Of a stretch of 64,000 bases of DNA, positions 1 to 12,295 are shown one piece after another. The notes beneath the pieces were generated by a model that was not told the DNA's origin, searched no databases, and saw only the letters and a list, made by a program, of their open reading frames with translations. Origin of the DNA: Octopus vulgaris (Eukaryota); assembly GCA_951406725.2 (NCBI GenBank), contig OX597819.1:97464001-97528000 (forward strand), written 5' to 3'. Both the position numbers and the translations under genes were made by a program. Positions within the stretch are counted from its first letter, which is position 1. Every line of letters begins with the position of its first letter.

Positions 1-767
1 ACATATTATGTAACATGTTTTTTTTTGTTTCCTTCCCTCCATCCCACCCCCCACTCAGTTACTATCTCCCACTCAATAAAGTGCATACTGCAGATACAAT
101 TGTTTATCCCTGAATCAGTCCTGATCTAACAGACCTCTGGTCAGATGTGTTGCAGCTGTGACCATTCTGTTTCTTATTTAGACATAGTTTATCTTGAACT
201 ATATTATCTGTTGGGTTCAAGATGGTAAAATGTGATTTTAAGGGATTTTTTAGCAGGTTGAGCAATCACTTAGAAGAGGCTGCTTAGTTAATTTGAATGG
301 TTCTGAAGGAACAGTACTAGTGGCCCACTGTCTGTTAATAGCAACATTGCTGTCATTCCTTCTTTATGGTTGATGTTTAAATTGGTGATTTAGTTGTGAC
401 AAACCTCACTTGGTTCCCACTGCACAATAAACTTCAAACAATTTAAGTTTCATTAGATCTTTTACTTGTTTTATGAATTGTAGTTGTGCATGTATGGTTT
501 AGTGGTTAAGCCTGCTTTGCAACTACAAGGTTTCAGTTTCAGGGTAAGTGCCTTCTATATGTCTTTCTTAAAATAGCAGGTATGAGTTATCAGCACTAGT
601 GGTATATAGCCATAAAATACCAAAAATATTTTTAAATATTTAAAAATAATCTGTTAGTGGATGGGATATGTACAACTTTGTCAAAAATATAATAACCTGA
701 GTTTTGTTTGCTAAACTGAAATATTTTGTTTCTCTCCAAAATGTTTTTTCTTAACCATCTTTTAAAG

Positions 768-975
768 ATTTAACAACTGCATTGGCAACTCTCAAATCAA
801 ATCATAGAAAAGATGAGTGTGTCTATCATGCATTAAATGTGAGATCTGCTTGGGCACTTAATAATTATCATAGGTTTTTTAAGCTCTACCGGTGTGCACC
901 GAAAATGTCTGGTTATCTTATGGATTGGTTCGTGGACAGAGTTAGAATATCAGCGTTAAAAACTATTGCGAAATC
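768..975 (+). CDS. LENG8: LENG8 homolog (SAC3/GANP/THP3 family), penultimate coding exon
   Basis: Acceptor tttaaag|AT at 767/768 and donor TC|gtatgt at 975/976. Translates DLTTALATLKSNHRKDECVYHALNVRSAWALNNYHRFFKLYRCAPKMSGYLMDWFVDRVRISALKTIAKS, recognised as the LENG8/Thp3 PCI region (AWALxNYHRFFxLY..APxMSGYL). Upstream exons lie outside the window. Confidence 0.93.
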
Positions 976-2303
976 GTATGTATCCGACAAGCTTTTCATG
1001 CTTTGTCTTTATTTCTTCCTCTCTTGCTGCATACTCAATAAATGTTTTGATTTGTTCTTAATATTTTGGGTATTTTATACAAACCAAAGAGTCTTTAAGG
1101 AATTGTTTGTTTGTATGATTATACATACATTATATATTTATGAAATTTTATAGTTTTAATTAAATGCATTCTTGTATGTAATATAAATTATTACAGTGGA
1201 AAATTTTGCCATTTAAGATTATTATTCATCCTAATATTTAGGACTCATTAATTATTGAAAAACTTAAATCATTTAGTTAAAGTTACCCAATTGTGTTTCT
1301 TATTTTATTTAACCTGTAATACTGTGAAACATTCTATCTTTATATCTTATATTGTTTTATATTTCAAGTGGTTTATTATGATGTCTGTGTATTAAATTAT
1401 AATTGTCAACTTAATGATTAACTGTTGTGTTTGGCAGGAAGTTTTAAATGTGTAAAGTTAGTTAGCTGTAGTATATCAAAGATTAGGTAAATTCTGTGAC
1501 ATGTCTATGTATTTAACTCCCACTCTTGTGTGTGTATATAAAATGTATTATTTTAGAATACTTTATTGAATGTCTTCTTGATAGTCTTATATTATTAAAT
1601 ATATGTAAATATTGTGTATTGTAAATGGAGAGATATTTGGTGAATTATTGTGTTGTGTGTTTGGTACAGAATGTAGATAATATTTTGAGAAAAAGTCGAT
1701 GGATTTCTGGATTTGAAAGAGATTGAGTTTAGATGCCATAGGCAATATTACAATATTGATTATTGATGAGTGAGAGTTGTGTGATGATGAGATTATGCCA
1801 TTATAACAATTAGAAACTTATAGGAGCCAACGAAATAAATTTTTTTTTTTTTTTTTAAAGACATTTTCTGTTACAAGTATATCAATATTTTCTTATTAAG
1901 TATTTTATCAAAAACTGATACAGAATCAATTTTGGTGTCAAAATCCAAGTCTTAATAGTTTTAAAACATTTTGTGTCCATTCATTCCAAAAGTAACTTTT
2001 AAACTGTTTTTATGGAAACCAAGTAGTGTTGAGGTAAGTTAATGATGCAGGGTGAGTATAATGTGTTCCATGGGGGTCATAGTAATGTTGTCCTGTCTAA
2101 AATCTCATCATCATTGTTATAATTTCTCCATTTCTCTGTCAGGTAAGTAAAACAGTTTCCCTCCCCACTCTTCATATTTTCAACTCTGTAATTGATAATA
2201 ATTGTGTGACTTATTTTGCTAACTTTTTATGTTTTCTTCTTTTTCATCCCTGCTGGCCTGTCCGTTTACCCTACTCTCCAAACCACAATACAAAATGTAA
2301 TAG

Positions 2304-2463
2304 CTTTCGTCCTATGCTGCTGATAACTTACATCCAGAATGAATTGTCATTTTCTAACCGAGATGACTGTGTACAGTTCCTTACGGACAAGAATGTGGTA
2401 CTAAATGATGACTCTACCAAGGTGGATTGCAAGCAGAGTATGGCAGCTGTGCAGGCATTATAG
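2304..2463 (+). CDS. LENG8: LENG8 homolog, last coding exon
   Basis: Acceptor aatag|C at 2303/2304 fits the phase-2 donor at 975. Translates FRPMLLITYIQNELSFSNRDDCVQFLTDKNVVLNDDSTKVDCKQSMAAVQAL*, resembling the LENG8 C-terminus (FRP..YLQ.EL.F..DC..S). Confidence 0.9.
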
Positions 2464-3493
2464 TTGGTAGCAGCAGCTTCACCTTTTAAACCAATTCTCC
2501 ATGTCGACAGATTTCCCTTTCAGTTGCAGGTTTTTACTTAGCAAACTCCTTCATGTTGTTTTAGTTGCCATATGTTGGTCATTAGTCTCTTACTGAGTCA
2601 GCTTTATACAACAGATGTCTGGGGAGGTGGGGAAGTGTTGTTGTTTGTAGTCAACAACTTCACCATTTAATCATACTTTATACATTATATATGTGCATTT
2701 GTCTATGTGTACATGTGTGAGACTGTGTGTATGTGTGTATATATATATACATTTATATCAACATATATATATGTGCATGAATGAGTGTATGCTTGTGTGT
2801 ATGTATGTATATTCATACATATGTATATACATACATATATATACATATATAAGTGTTTATGTATATTTTCATACATTTACTAAACCTCATTGTTGAGCAT
2901 TTCATTGGAAAATTTCTAAAATGAAAATTTAAATTGTTATGTGTTCAATAATTCCCAAAGATTTCTAATTTTTTTTTCAAAGCAGATAAAAACCATATCT
3001 CCAAGTTGGACTTTGAAAAAAAAAAAAAAAAGCAAAAAACAAAAACATTTCTAACAACCTTTTCTGGGAATTTTCCTTTTGTTCCTGAAATTTGAAGGAG
3101 GAAAGCATCTGTTTATGGTGGAAGATTTTATATCCATTCTTTCACCGGTTGACAGGAAAAGCTGAATTTTGGCTGAAATGTCCATGAAATCTCTACAGAT
3201 TCCAGCAACTTCTGCAATAATAAGATGAAGAAACAACATCTATGTCTAACTTCTCTCAGCTGTCTTTAAAAGAAACCCAGTAAGATTCAATCTTGTTTCA
3301 GGACTGTATTTTTTTTTTCTTGAAAATATTAAAATTTTGGACATAATTACTCTATAATAATTATAGAGTATGATATAAAAATATTTACTACTCACATCGT
3401 CATTCTGAGGGTTAGAGTTTCTACCTCGTTACCAAATCTCCCCAGCAAATATAATCACTTTATAACAATCATGATGTCAATTTATCACAGTAA

Positions 3494-4020
3494 CAAGAAG
3501 GGAAACTGAGTCCAGGCAACAGGTATGTCAATATATAGTGGCCTATATGGGTAACAACTACAAAACATGAAGCTGACTCCAGATAACAGATATGCCACTG
3601 TATAGTGGCCTATATATGTAACAACCACAAAACGTGAAGCTGACTCCAGACAACAGGTATGTCACTATATAGTAACTTATGTAATAACTACGAAACATGA
3701 AGTTGATTCCAGACAACAGATATGTCACTATATAGTGGAGTGTATATATGAAACAACTACAAAACATGAAGCTGACTCCAGACAACAGGTCCATCACTGT
3801 ATAGTGATCAATGTATGTAACAATTACGAAACATGAAGCCAACTCTAGGCAACAGGTACGTCACTATATATCAACAAGAAACATGAAGGTGACTCCAGAC
3901 AACAATCATCAATACAAAGAATGGTCTATATATGTACATATGACAACTGTGAAATGTGAAGTTGGATCCACGCGACAGAATCATCTTTACACTGGACTTG
4001 TCTATGTATTTGACAACTAG
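3494..4020. repeat. Diverged tandem repeat, about 8 units of 50-73 bp, in the probable LENG8 3' UTR
   Basis: Unit aaacatgaagctgactccagacaacaggtatgtcactatatagtgg..tatatgtaacaactac recurs near 3562, 3629, 3693, 3762, 3829, 3879 and 3952. Confidence 0.9.
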
Positions 4021-4416
4021 ACAATGTGAAACAGGTTCACACATCAACACACGTATATATATATATGTGTGTGTGCGTGACATCTAAGCAGTATGAAGCA
4101 GTCTCAGACAACGGATCGACCAACGCATCAGTGTTATAAACATCTACGTAAAGATATGTGACGGGTAGGTAACTACCAGCTACTCAGGGACAGATTTTTT
4201 TGTTAGCTAGCCAAGCTGCTAATAGCCCCCTTGAAAACCCACAGCTATTTGGGTGATTCAGTCTTGGAAGGATCATGTTTTCCTCCTTTCCCTTCCCTTT
4301 TTCTTTTCTATTTCTCTGTCTTCTCTCTTTCTTTATTTCTCTTTCTGTTACTCTCTCTTTCTCTCTCTCTCTTTTTCTCTCTTATTTCTAATTTATTGTA
4401 AATATATTTTTTGTTG

Positions 4417-4422
4417 AATAAA
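4417..4422 (+). terminator. Candidate polyadenylation signal of LENG8
   Basis: First canonical AATAAA I could find downstream of the stop; preceded by U-rich tttattgtaaatatattttt and followed by tgta and T-rich sequence. Confidence 0.5.
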
Positions 4423-5552
4423 TCTGTACAGGATTAAATTTGTCATTTGAAAAATAATGGTTTTTCTCTATTCTATTTAAGCTATCTATTCATTCTGTGT
4501 CCTGATGTTGTAACTAATCATAGCTTCATTTTCTAAAATATTGTTCACTAATATTGGTTTTGGTGTTGATAAATTGTCATGACATGTCTTTCTACCCTAA
4601 TGATGAATTAAAACGTTTGCTGATGCCTAGTGTACTTGCACCCTTTCCTGTAAAACTTGATATTGGTTTATATATATCTAGTTGCCAATGAAACTTGCTT
4701 AATTTGACCAATCAGAAAACAGTTTGCTATTAACTAATTTGGGCGGTCCCCTCTCCCTAACTCAGCCCATTGCTTCTAAAATGGTGCACCATTATATGAT
4801 ATACAATAAGTAGTTCCAGATACAAAATCAGTTTTCTCTCTGGATAGTGAAAATACAGAGTGAAAGTATTTAATTTTTACTGTAGATGACAGAAACATTA
4901 ATATTTTTAATGTGATTAGAAATTACAAAGGAAGAGATTGATTGATACCAGGCTGTATAAATATCATTAAGTTTTATGTATATTGAGCAAAAATTAGATA
5001 GAAATAAGCTAGTAATAAAATTTTAAAACCTACTGACCAGATATGGAAAACAGTGTTTAAGACAGTATTGCAAGGTGAGTAAATATAATGTGAACTACCA
5101 GATAATCTTATGTATAGATTGTTTACAACCATACCACAAGTCTTATTTTCCTGATACTTAAAAGTAAATATGTCTAAAACCAGCCAGATAGATTTATCTA
5201 TAGATTGTTTACAATCATATCACATATCTAATTTCTGATTAACTAGAAATTTACTTTTTGTCATTAAGATTTTTCTGTTGTATAAACTTTTATACTGCTT
5301 TTTATGCCATTTTTTTTATTGTTTGCATTACATTTTAATAAACAATGTGTGTGTATGTATATATATATATATATAGTTAATCAAATATATTCAATGAGAA
5401 CACACTGTACTGAATTTCAGATAAGTGCTCTAAAGGTATTTAGAGATTTAATTAGAGCGATTATATATTATAAAGTAAAAGCAGGAAAAATTACATCAAA
5501 AAATCACAGAAGGTATACATCCATAATATAAATAATATTGTATTAACGGAAA

Positions 5553-5770
5553 GTTGGCGAGCTGGCAGAAATGTTAGCACGCCGGGCGAAATGCTTAGCG
5601 GTATTTCATCTGTCTTTATGTTCTGAGTTGAAATTCTATCGAGATCGACTATGCCTTTCATCCTTTTGGGGGTTGATAAATTAAGTACCAGTTGTGTACT
5701 GACGTTGCTCTAATCGACTGGCACCTTACCCCAAAATTTTAGGCCATGTGCCTAGAGTAGAAATGAATAT
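5553..5770 (+). mobile_element. tRNA-derived SINE, Meta-like central domain (family 1)
   Basis: Head ggcgagctggcagaaa..gttagcacgccgggcg and core gcctttcatcctttnggggtcgataaattaagtaccag, shared with copies at 22624 and 47339. Confidence 0.8.
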
Positions 5771-5850
5771 TGTGTTATTAGATAAATATATAATGTATGA
5801 TTATTTTAAAGGTTTGAGATATCTTATGATCATTTCATGAATGTATTACT

Positions 5851-6010
5851 CATCATCATCATCATCATTTAGCGTCCGTTTTCCATGCTAGCATGGGTTG
5901 GACAGTTCAACTGGGGTCTGGGGAGCCCGAAGGAGACGAGGCTGGCGAATGGCCACGCTCGGATGGTGTTTTTTATGTGCCACCGACACAGGTGCCAGAC
6001 GAGGCTGCTT
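5851..6010 (-). mobile_element. SINE with (ATG)n tail (family 3), internally deleted
   Basis: (cat)n-ttagcgtccgttttccatgctagcatgggttgga terminus shared with more than 10 copies in the window. Confidence 0.75.
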
Positions 6011-6129
6011 CGAAATAAAATCCAGTAACTTTTTAAACAACATCTTTATCATACAATTTTTAAACAACATCTTTATCATACAATAAATAGCATCCCTCTT
6101 ATTCAATTGACTATGCAAAAAAATCATCC

Positions 6130-6222
6130 TTTTCACTGACGAGTGGATGTATTACCTTATAATGATTATCAATTTTGGATTTCATTTCAAAGGCTAATAC
6201 ATTCATGAAACAATCGTAAGAT
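6130..6222 (+). ncRNA. Minimal type I hammerhead ribozyme motif (Penelope-type), partly degenerate
   Basis: CTGACGA (6136-6142), helix II gtggatgtatta/taatacattcat, GAAA (6207-6210), caatcg, then TA. Helix I is imperfect. Confidence 0.6.
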
Positions 6223-6341
6223 ATCTCAAACCTTTTAAATAAACATACTTTATATATTTATCTATTTGTACAATATTATTTATATTATGGACGTATATCT
6301 TAGGTAATTTTTTCTGCTTTTACTTTAATATATATATATAT

Positions 6342-7221
6342 ATACAAAATAAGAAAATGGAGGAATACACCTTAATCAATAATCAACTACCAGATAATAC
6401 CCATTCACATAATTTATTAACCAACTACATATGAACATCAAGGTCAAACATAATAGTACAGAACAAAACAGTGCACATCAATGAGTAATATGATACAATA
6501 TGTATATATAAATATAAACTATATCTTACAGCTGTTTCAGCCATGTAGATATGAGTATCTCATTATGCTCATTAGCCAGGTGTGATAAGATATATTTTAC
6601 TGGCATTATTATTATTAATAATAATAATAATATTAATGGCATTTTGTAACTTAATATAATGAACTCTTGACTTTGTATATATGTACATTTGTATATGGTT
6701 ATGTGTATGTTCGTATATTATAATATTCTAATATATTGATTTGACTAACTGTAACATATATATGTATGTATATTATTATGTATATATATAGGTGCATGTG
6801 TATATACGCTTATATGTATGTGTATATTATATTATGTATATGTACTCATTCTTGTATGGGTGTACCTTCTCTGATATTCATATTTAGATTGTACTTTATT
6901 CTCTGAAGAGGCCTTGGGATATATTTGTAAGTGTCTCATTTATAACCACATATTAACTTATCACACCTGGCTAATATGAGCATAATGTGATACTCATATC
7001 TACATGGCTGAAACAGCTGTAAGATATAGTTTATATTTATATTTATTTATACATATTGTACTCATTGTATCATATTACTCATTGATGTGCACTGTTTTGT
7101 TCTGTACTATTATGTTTGACCTTGATGTTCATATGTAGTTGGTTAATAAATTATGTGAATGGGTATTATCTGGTAGTTGATTATTGATTAAGGTGTATTT
7201 CTCCATTTTCTTATTTTGTAT
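6342..7221. repeat. Inverted repeat with arms of about 250 bp (6342-6589 / 6957-7221), Penelope-like terminal structure
   Basis: atacaaaataagaaaatggaggaatacaccttaatc..ccaggtgtgataag is mirrored by cttatcacacctgg..gattaaggtgtatttctccattttcttattttgtat with few mismatches. Confidence 0.9.
6898..7026 (+). ncRNA. Minimal type I hammerhead ribozyme motif
   Basis: tct, CTGAAGA (6903-6909), ggcc..ggct, GAAA (7010-7013), palindromic cagctg, TA, aga. Both core boxes, a GUA triplet and a 3-bp helix I are present. Confidence 0.7.
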
Positions 7222-7388
7222 TATGAATTTGTGCTAAAACATTTTACCTTTGCCCATATAATACAATAAATGAATTAATTGCATCGCAATTCTAACATTT
7301 ATGTATTAACTTTGTTGGGTGCTTTACTGGAGTATATTGGATATATGTTATCCCATGGTGGGTTGCACTCACAACCCCTATCTCAATT

Positions 7389-7423
<35 letters not shown>

Positions 7424-8919
7424 AGGTAAACAAGCTTTTTTCCAGCATTTTACATCATACATGTTATTGAATGTTTTATAGTAAATTTTATAATATTGAA
7501 TCATTAGAAAGTATTTAAGGGTGTGTTTGCTAATATTTTAATTATCTGCTTTGGACATTAGAAGTTGACAGTTTTTTTTTTTTAGTCTGTTTTATGGGGG
7601 TTACAATGCTAAGTGTTGGGATCTGCTGTCTCCTCATACTTACATACCCCTTTAACTGCCTGTTACTTTCCTGTCATCTCTATCATTTGTGCTATCTGTT
7701 TTTGTCAGACTCACCTCCTTTGTACTCCCCATAGTACCCTCTTCATTGCCTGACCTCACTTACCCATCTTAAGATCTGTGTTTGAGAGAGACAACATTGG
7801 ACCTGTTGTGCCCACCACACCTTACCTTCACCCTCCACTCTTATACTTCCAGTCACTACTTCATTCATTGTTATACTCTTGCTCAATTTCAATTTTGCTC
7901 TTCTTCTGTCATTTCTCTGTCTCCTGGGTTACATTACATTCAGTCAGTGTTTTTAGTCATGTATGTTACTGTAAATGTTTATTCATGCCTCAAAATACTG
8001 AGTACTCCTATCTCTCATCCCTTTTATCACTCACCTCTACCATTTATGTCTTTAGTATTCATATTTTATCTCTAAAGCAGTTGCTAAACGAAGTCATGTG
8101 ATGTTGAAAGGCCCTCTTGTCAGCAATATGGTTACCTCCCTTATGTTGATACTTTGATGACACATTCTGTACTCTGTAAAGTCGGGGTTGTGAGGACTCT
8201 TCAGTCTGTTTAAGAAGATGATGGTTTCTCTCATGCTGATGTTATGAAAAACACACTTAAGTACAAACTAAGTGGCTGGTGTTAGGAAGAGTATACAGTT
8301 ATAGAAACCATGCCAAAAATGAGACAAGTGAGATGTCGTCCTCCAATCCATTTAGTGAGTAGTACTTCCAAATTGCTGACTCTGACTGGTAACACATCCA
8401 ATTCATGCTTACAGTGAAAGTTGACGTAAAATGCTATTGATGAAGAAACGGATTTTAATGAAGTCTGCTTTTCTCAAGGTCATTGTCAAATATTGCATAA
8501 TATTCCCATGAACTGATAAACAAAGTCCTCTCCCGTGATTATCCATAAATGTCTTCATGTGATATAGTTTGTACCCTTCCTGTATCTTGTAATCTGATAT
8601 TTAATGCTGACAATGTCTGAGTATTAAGTCAACTCATTTCAAAGGAAATTATTTAGTTTACCACGAAAAATTAAATTTGTTTGTTAATCCGGCTATCTGG
8701 GCTTAAATGGTGAATGAGTTTCCGTTTAAATGGAATGTTGAGGTATCAGCATTGAGATATAAGCTCACGTGTCATCAGTTTATCTGCTGTCACTTGTACA
8801 CCTTTTATGTCTTCTATTGCATCTACTCCCTACATGTCACATGTATGTGTCTACTGTTATTCATACACTTTGTATCTTTCACACACACATATCTGTATAT
8901 TTCCATGTATATGTCAACA

Positions 8920-9185
8920 TATATCCTCCCGAAGGACCTGAGAGACCTGCATGGGGTGGATGCAGATGTCTTTAAATTAAAACTGGATCTCTTCCTGTCA
9001 GGTGTCCCAGATGAATCAACTTCACGGCAGGAGGTGCAGATGAGGGCAGCTGCATCGAACTCTCTCATGCACCAAATGGCAATTGCTAAAAGGCATTCGT
9101 GAAGTAAAATCATGTAGCAACATCGAATGGCGGTGTCCCAGCATAGCCACAGCTCGTGAGCTGAAACTAGATAAAATAAAAAAAT
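8920..9185 (+). mobile_element. 5'-truncated CR1/L2-like LINE 3' end
   Basis: LPKDLRDLHGVDADVFKLKLDLFLSGVPDE resembles the ORF2 C-terminus of CR1-group LINEs; ends in an (ATAAA)n tail. Confidence 0.65.
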
Positions 9186-11404
9186 AAAAAATGTATTTGT
9201 TGTTCAATCAAAGCTTAACCAACAATTGATATGAAATAAATAAGTTTGTGTTGATTTCCTCTCATTTAAGGATTTGTGATTATATCTGTGAGGTGGAAAT
9301 ACTTAGATTTATAAAATTTAGTTTCTAAACCTGACATGAAGTAAAGTACTTGGTTACTGAAAATTTGGACTATTAAGGCTATAGTTATACATCAGCTCAG
9401 TACAGCTACTTTTTAAATAAATTACTTAAAATTACAACATTAAATGTCAGTTACCTAGTGGGAAAGATTGGTATAACACTTAGTTTAGAAAACAGTTTCC
9501 AATTGAACTCCAGTCTTGTACAATGTAAACTTCTCAGGAATAAGATACCTGTGATTATTATTGGAAATAAAAAGGTAATGTAAATGTTAACATTTTTGTC
9601 TCTGCATTAATGATTTGAAAAATTATAATTGTATTAAGATCAACTCATTTCAGACATTTCTTAACATTAAATATTAAGAAATGTCTGAAATGGATCAGAC
9701 TGAATTTGTTGAGTCAGATTTTGTAGGGCTGGATACCCTTTCCATGTCGAACCTTTACTTATTTCTAACCAAGATAATATTTCCCCTTGGCCAGATATGT
9801 TTCTCATGGATAATAAGAAGTGAATGTCACCTGTCTGACAGTGATGCTCATTTACAATCACAATTTCAAGACAAACACACATGACAGGCTTCTTTCAGTT
9901 TCCATCTTCTAAAACCATTTACTTTTTCAGTGCTTATAGACCAAGTCTAATTCTGATCTTTAAATTACTGTTGTATTTTAGTGCCAAGTTATTTCTTACT
10001 GAACAGACCTGTGACCAAAATTGTTCTAACTGCAATGACAAGATGACAGTGCTTTTCAGACATAGTGGACAATTCTAATGTTAGACTGAGCTTTGAGGGA
10101 GATTTTGGCTATTATATCTAGTATTTGTATGACTGTCTCTTTTTGTCGGCTTGCAAATTAGGCCTTTTAGTTGCCTTTTTCATTCATCTTGAATCGTAGT
10201 CCCCTGATTTATTTTCTGTCGAACTGTCAACAGTATTGAATTTAAGTTTTATGGAATTGAGTGCTCATGGAGGTTCATGCTTGGATGTAGGAATACGAAC
10301 ATTTCTCTGGTACAGGAACTCATTGACAACCATTTCTCTATTTTAATTGTTTTTCATATCATTATTATTTTGCTAACAGTTCTAATTGAAGTCCATCTTC
10401 AATTAAAGATATTGACCAATTAAACTGATATTTTATTTTTTCATTAGCTTGGATTTGTTACTGCAGACTGTTTTGGGATTCACTTGTACTACAGTACTGT
10501 CTATATCTTAATTCCAGTATTAATATTTTCTTTAGCTACAAGTGAAAGATAATTCTCTAATTGGAGGTAAATTTAATGTAGCTGTGATCTACTTTTAAAT
10601 GTTTGAAATATTCACATTATTTTGAATTATGTATTATCTCATAGCTTCAAGATTTTTATACGATTGTTTAATTTAGAGTTACGTATTGTAGGTTTGAGAG
10701 GCTAGATCTGGCTGATTTGAACATAAAAAAGAATATTTGAACCTCATATAGCTGGTTTAAATGTTAAAAGATTATCAAAGTATTGAATTTCAAATTCCAC
10801 CCTCCTCTTCTATGTACATCAGTCCTGATCATTTATTTACTCTAAGTGGAGGTTAAAGCACATTAGAGTATTACATCTGTGGTATTGCTGTTGCTACATA
10901 CAATGACACTTTTTACTGGCTCCTATTCACCAATACGAGGACCTACTTAGTTGTGGCACTATGGGTAAATATAAGAATACAATCAGGCTTGTTTACTGTC
11001 AGAGCTCATGTCAGCTGCTCAATGTTGATAAACTTTCAAGTTTAAATTTTAACCATTAAACATTAATGATGAACCTCTACCCTTGATGTTAACGAATATT
11101 TAAAAAAAAAATCCTTGTGTATTACCACTTATCACTTCTTCCTCCATGACCCACTGCTATTTTCCTTACATTCTTCAAATCTAAGACTCATCATTGCCCT
11201 TCTACCATCTGTGTTCATCATTCACTGCTTTTACTTCTTTTCCCATCTCTACCACCTGTCACTTTCCTTTCGCAAGGTTACTACCTTCCATGTTATTCTC
11301 GATTCCTATCCACCTTCTTGTGTCTCAAGAGGATGCTCTCTCTTACTAGAGTAGCCATATATCTCTTCTACAGCAAGACACCTGTTCCTGTATCTTTTTC
11401 ATAC

Positions 11405-11735
11405 TCTGTGTGGCTTCTGTGCCGGTGGCACATAAAAAGCACCATCTGAACGTGGCCGATGCCAGCGCCGCCTTGGCTGGCTTCCATGCTGGTGGCATGT
11501 TAAAAGCACCAACCGATCGTGGCCAATGCCAGACCCCTCTGGCACCTGTGCAGGTGGCACGTAAAAGCACCCACTACACTCGCGGAGTGGTTGGTGTTAG
11601 GAAGGGCATCCAGCTGTAGAAATACTGCCAGATCAGACTGGAGCCTGGTGCAGCCCCTGGCTTCCCAGACCCCAGTCGAACCGTCCAACCCGTGCTAGCG
11701 CGGAAAACGGACGTTGAACGATGATGATGATGATG
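11405..11735 (+). mobile_element. SINE family 3
   Basis: ggtggcacgtaaaagcacc repeats, ggttggtgttaggaagggcatccagctgtagaaa core, (gat)n tail. Confidence 0.8.
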
Positions 11736-12144
11736 TGTCTCTCAACATGTGACACAGAGCAATCTCCTTAAATATTGCACCCCACCCTGTCAAGGGGTCT
11801 TGCAAAATTACTTGATGATCTTACTAGTGTTGGTGCCATGTAAAAATCACCCAATACACTGGTTGGGATTAGGAAAGGCATCCAGTTGTGGAAACCTTGC
11901 CAAACCAGATATTGGAGACTATTGCAGCCTTTAGGTTAGTCAGATCCTGTTGAATCATTCAACCTACACTGGCATGAAATACAGATGTTAAATGAAAATT
12001 ATGTTGGTAGTTAACTCTAATGTTAACCACTAAACATTGACAATAAATGTTCAATAATAATAATCATCTCGTTAAGGTAGGTATATGGCACCGTTTTTTT
12101 TTTAGACAGCCACTGATACTAATATGTCTAGTTTTCTATCAGTG

Positions 12145-12295
12145 GACATTACGTTCTGAGTTCAAGTTCCACTGAGGTCGACTTTGCCTTTCATCCTTTC
12201 AAGGTTGATTAAATAAGTACCAGTTATGCACTGGGGTCGATGTAATCGACAATCTCTTTGCCTGTCCTTGTTTGTCCCCCTGTAGGCAATAAAGG
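12145..12295 (+). mobile_element. SINE family 1, 5'-truncated
   Basis: gaggtcgactttgcctttcatcctttc..aaataagtaccagttatgcactggggtcgatgtaatcgac. Confidence 0.7.

Noticed and set aside
976-1153. Hydrophobic C-terminal extension of the 782-1153 ORF suggesting a membrane anchor
   Set aside because: This is read-through into T-rich intron; LENG8 homology stops at the donor at 975 and resumes at 2304.
3494-4020. Conserved-plus-variable units resembling a CRISPR array
   Set aside because: The variable parts are homologous to each other, the context is a eukaryotic gene end, and there are no cas genes.
11346-11688. Recurrent ORFs such as [22 protein letters not shown] (also 25563, 37894, 53355, 57058, 57834, 58971)
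   Set aside because: They recur because they are translations of the same SINE-like repeat; frames and stops vary among copies.
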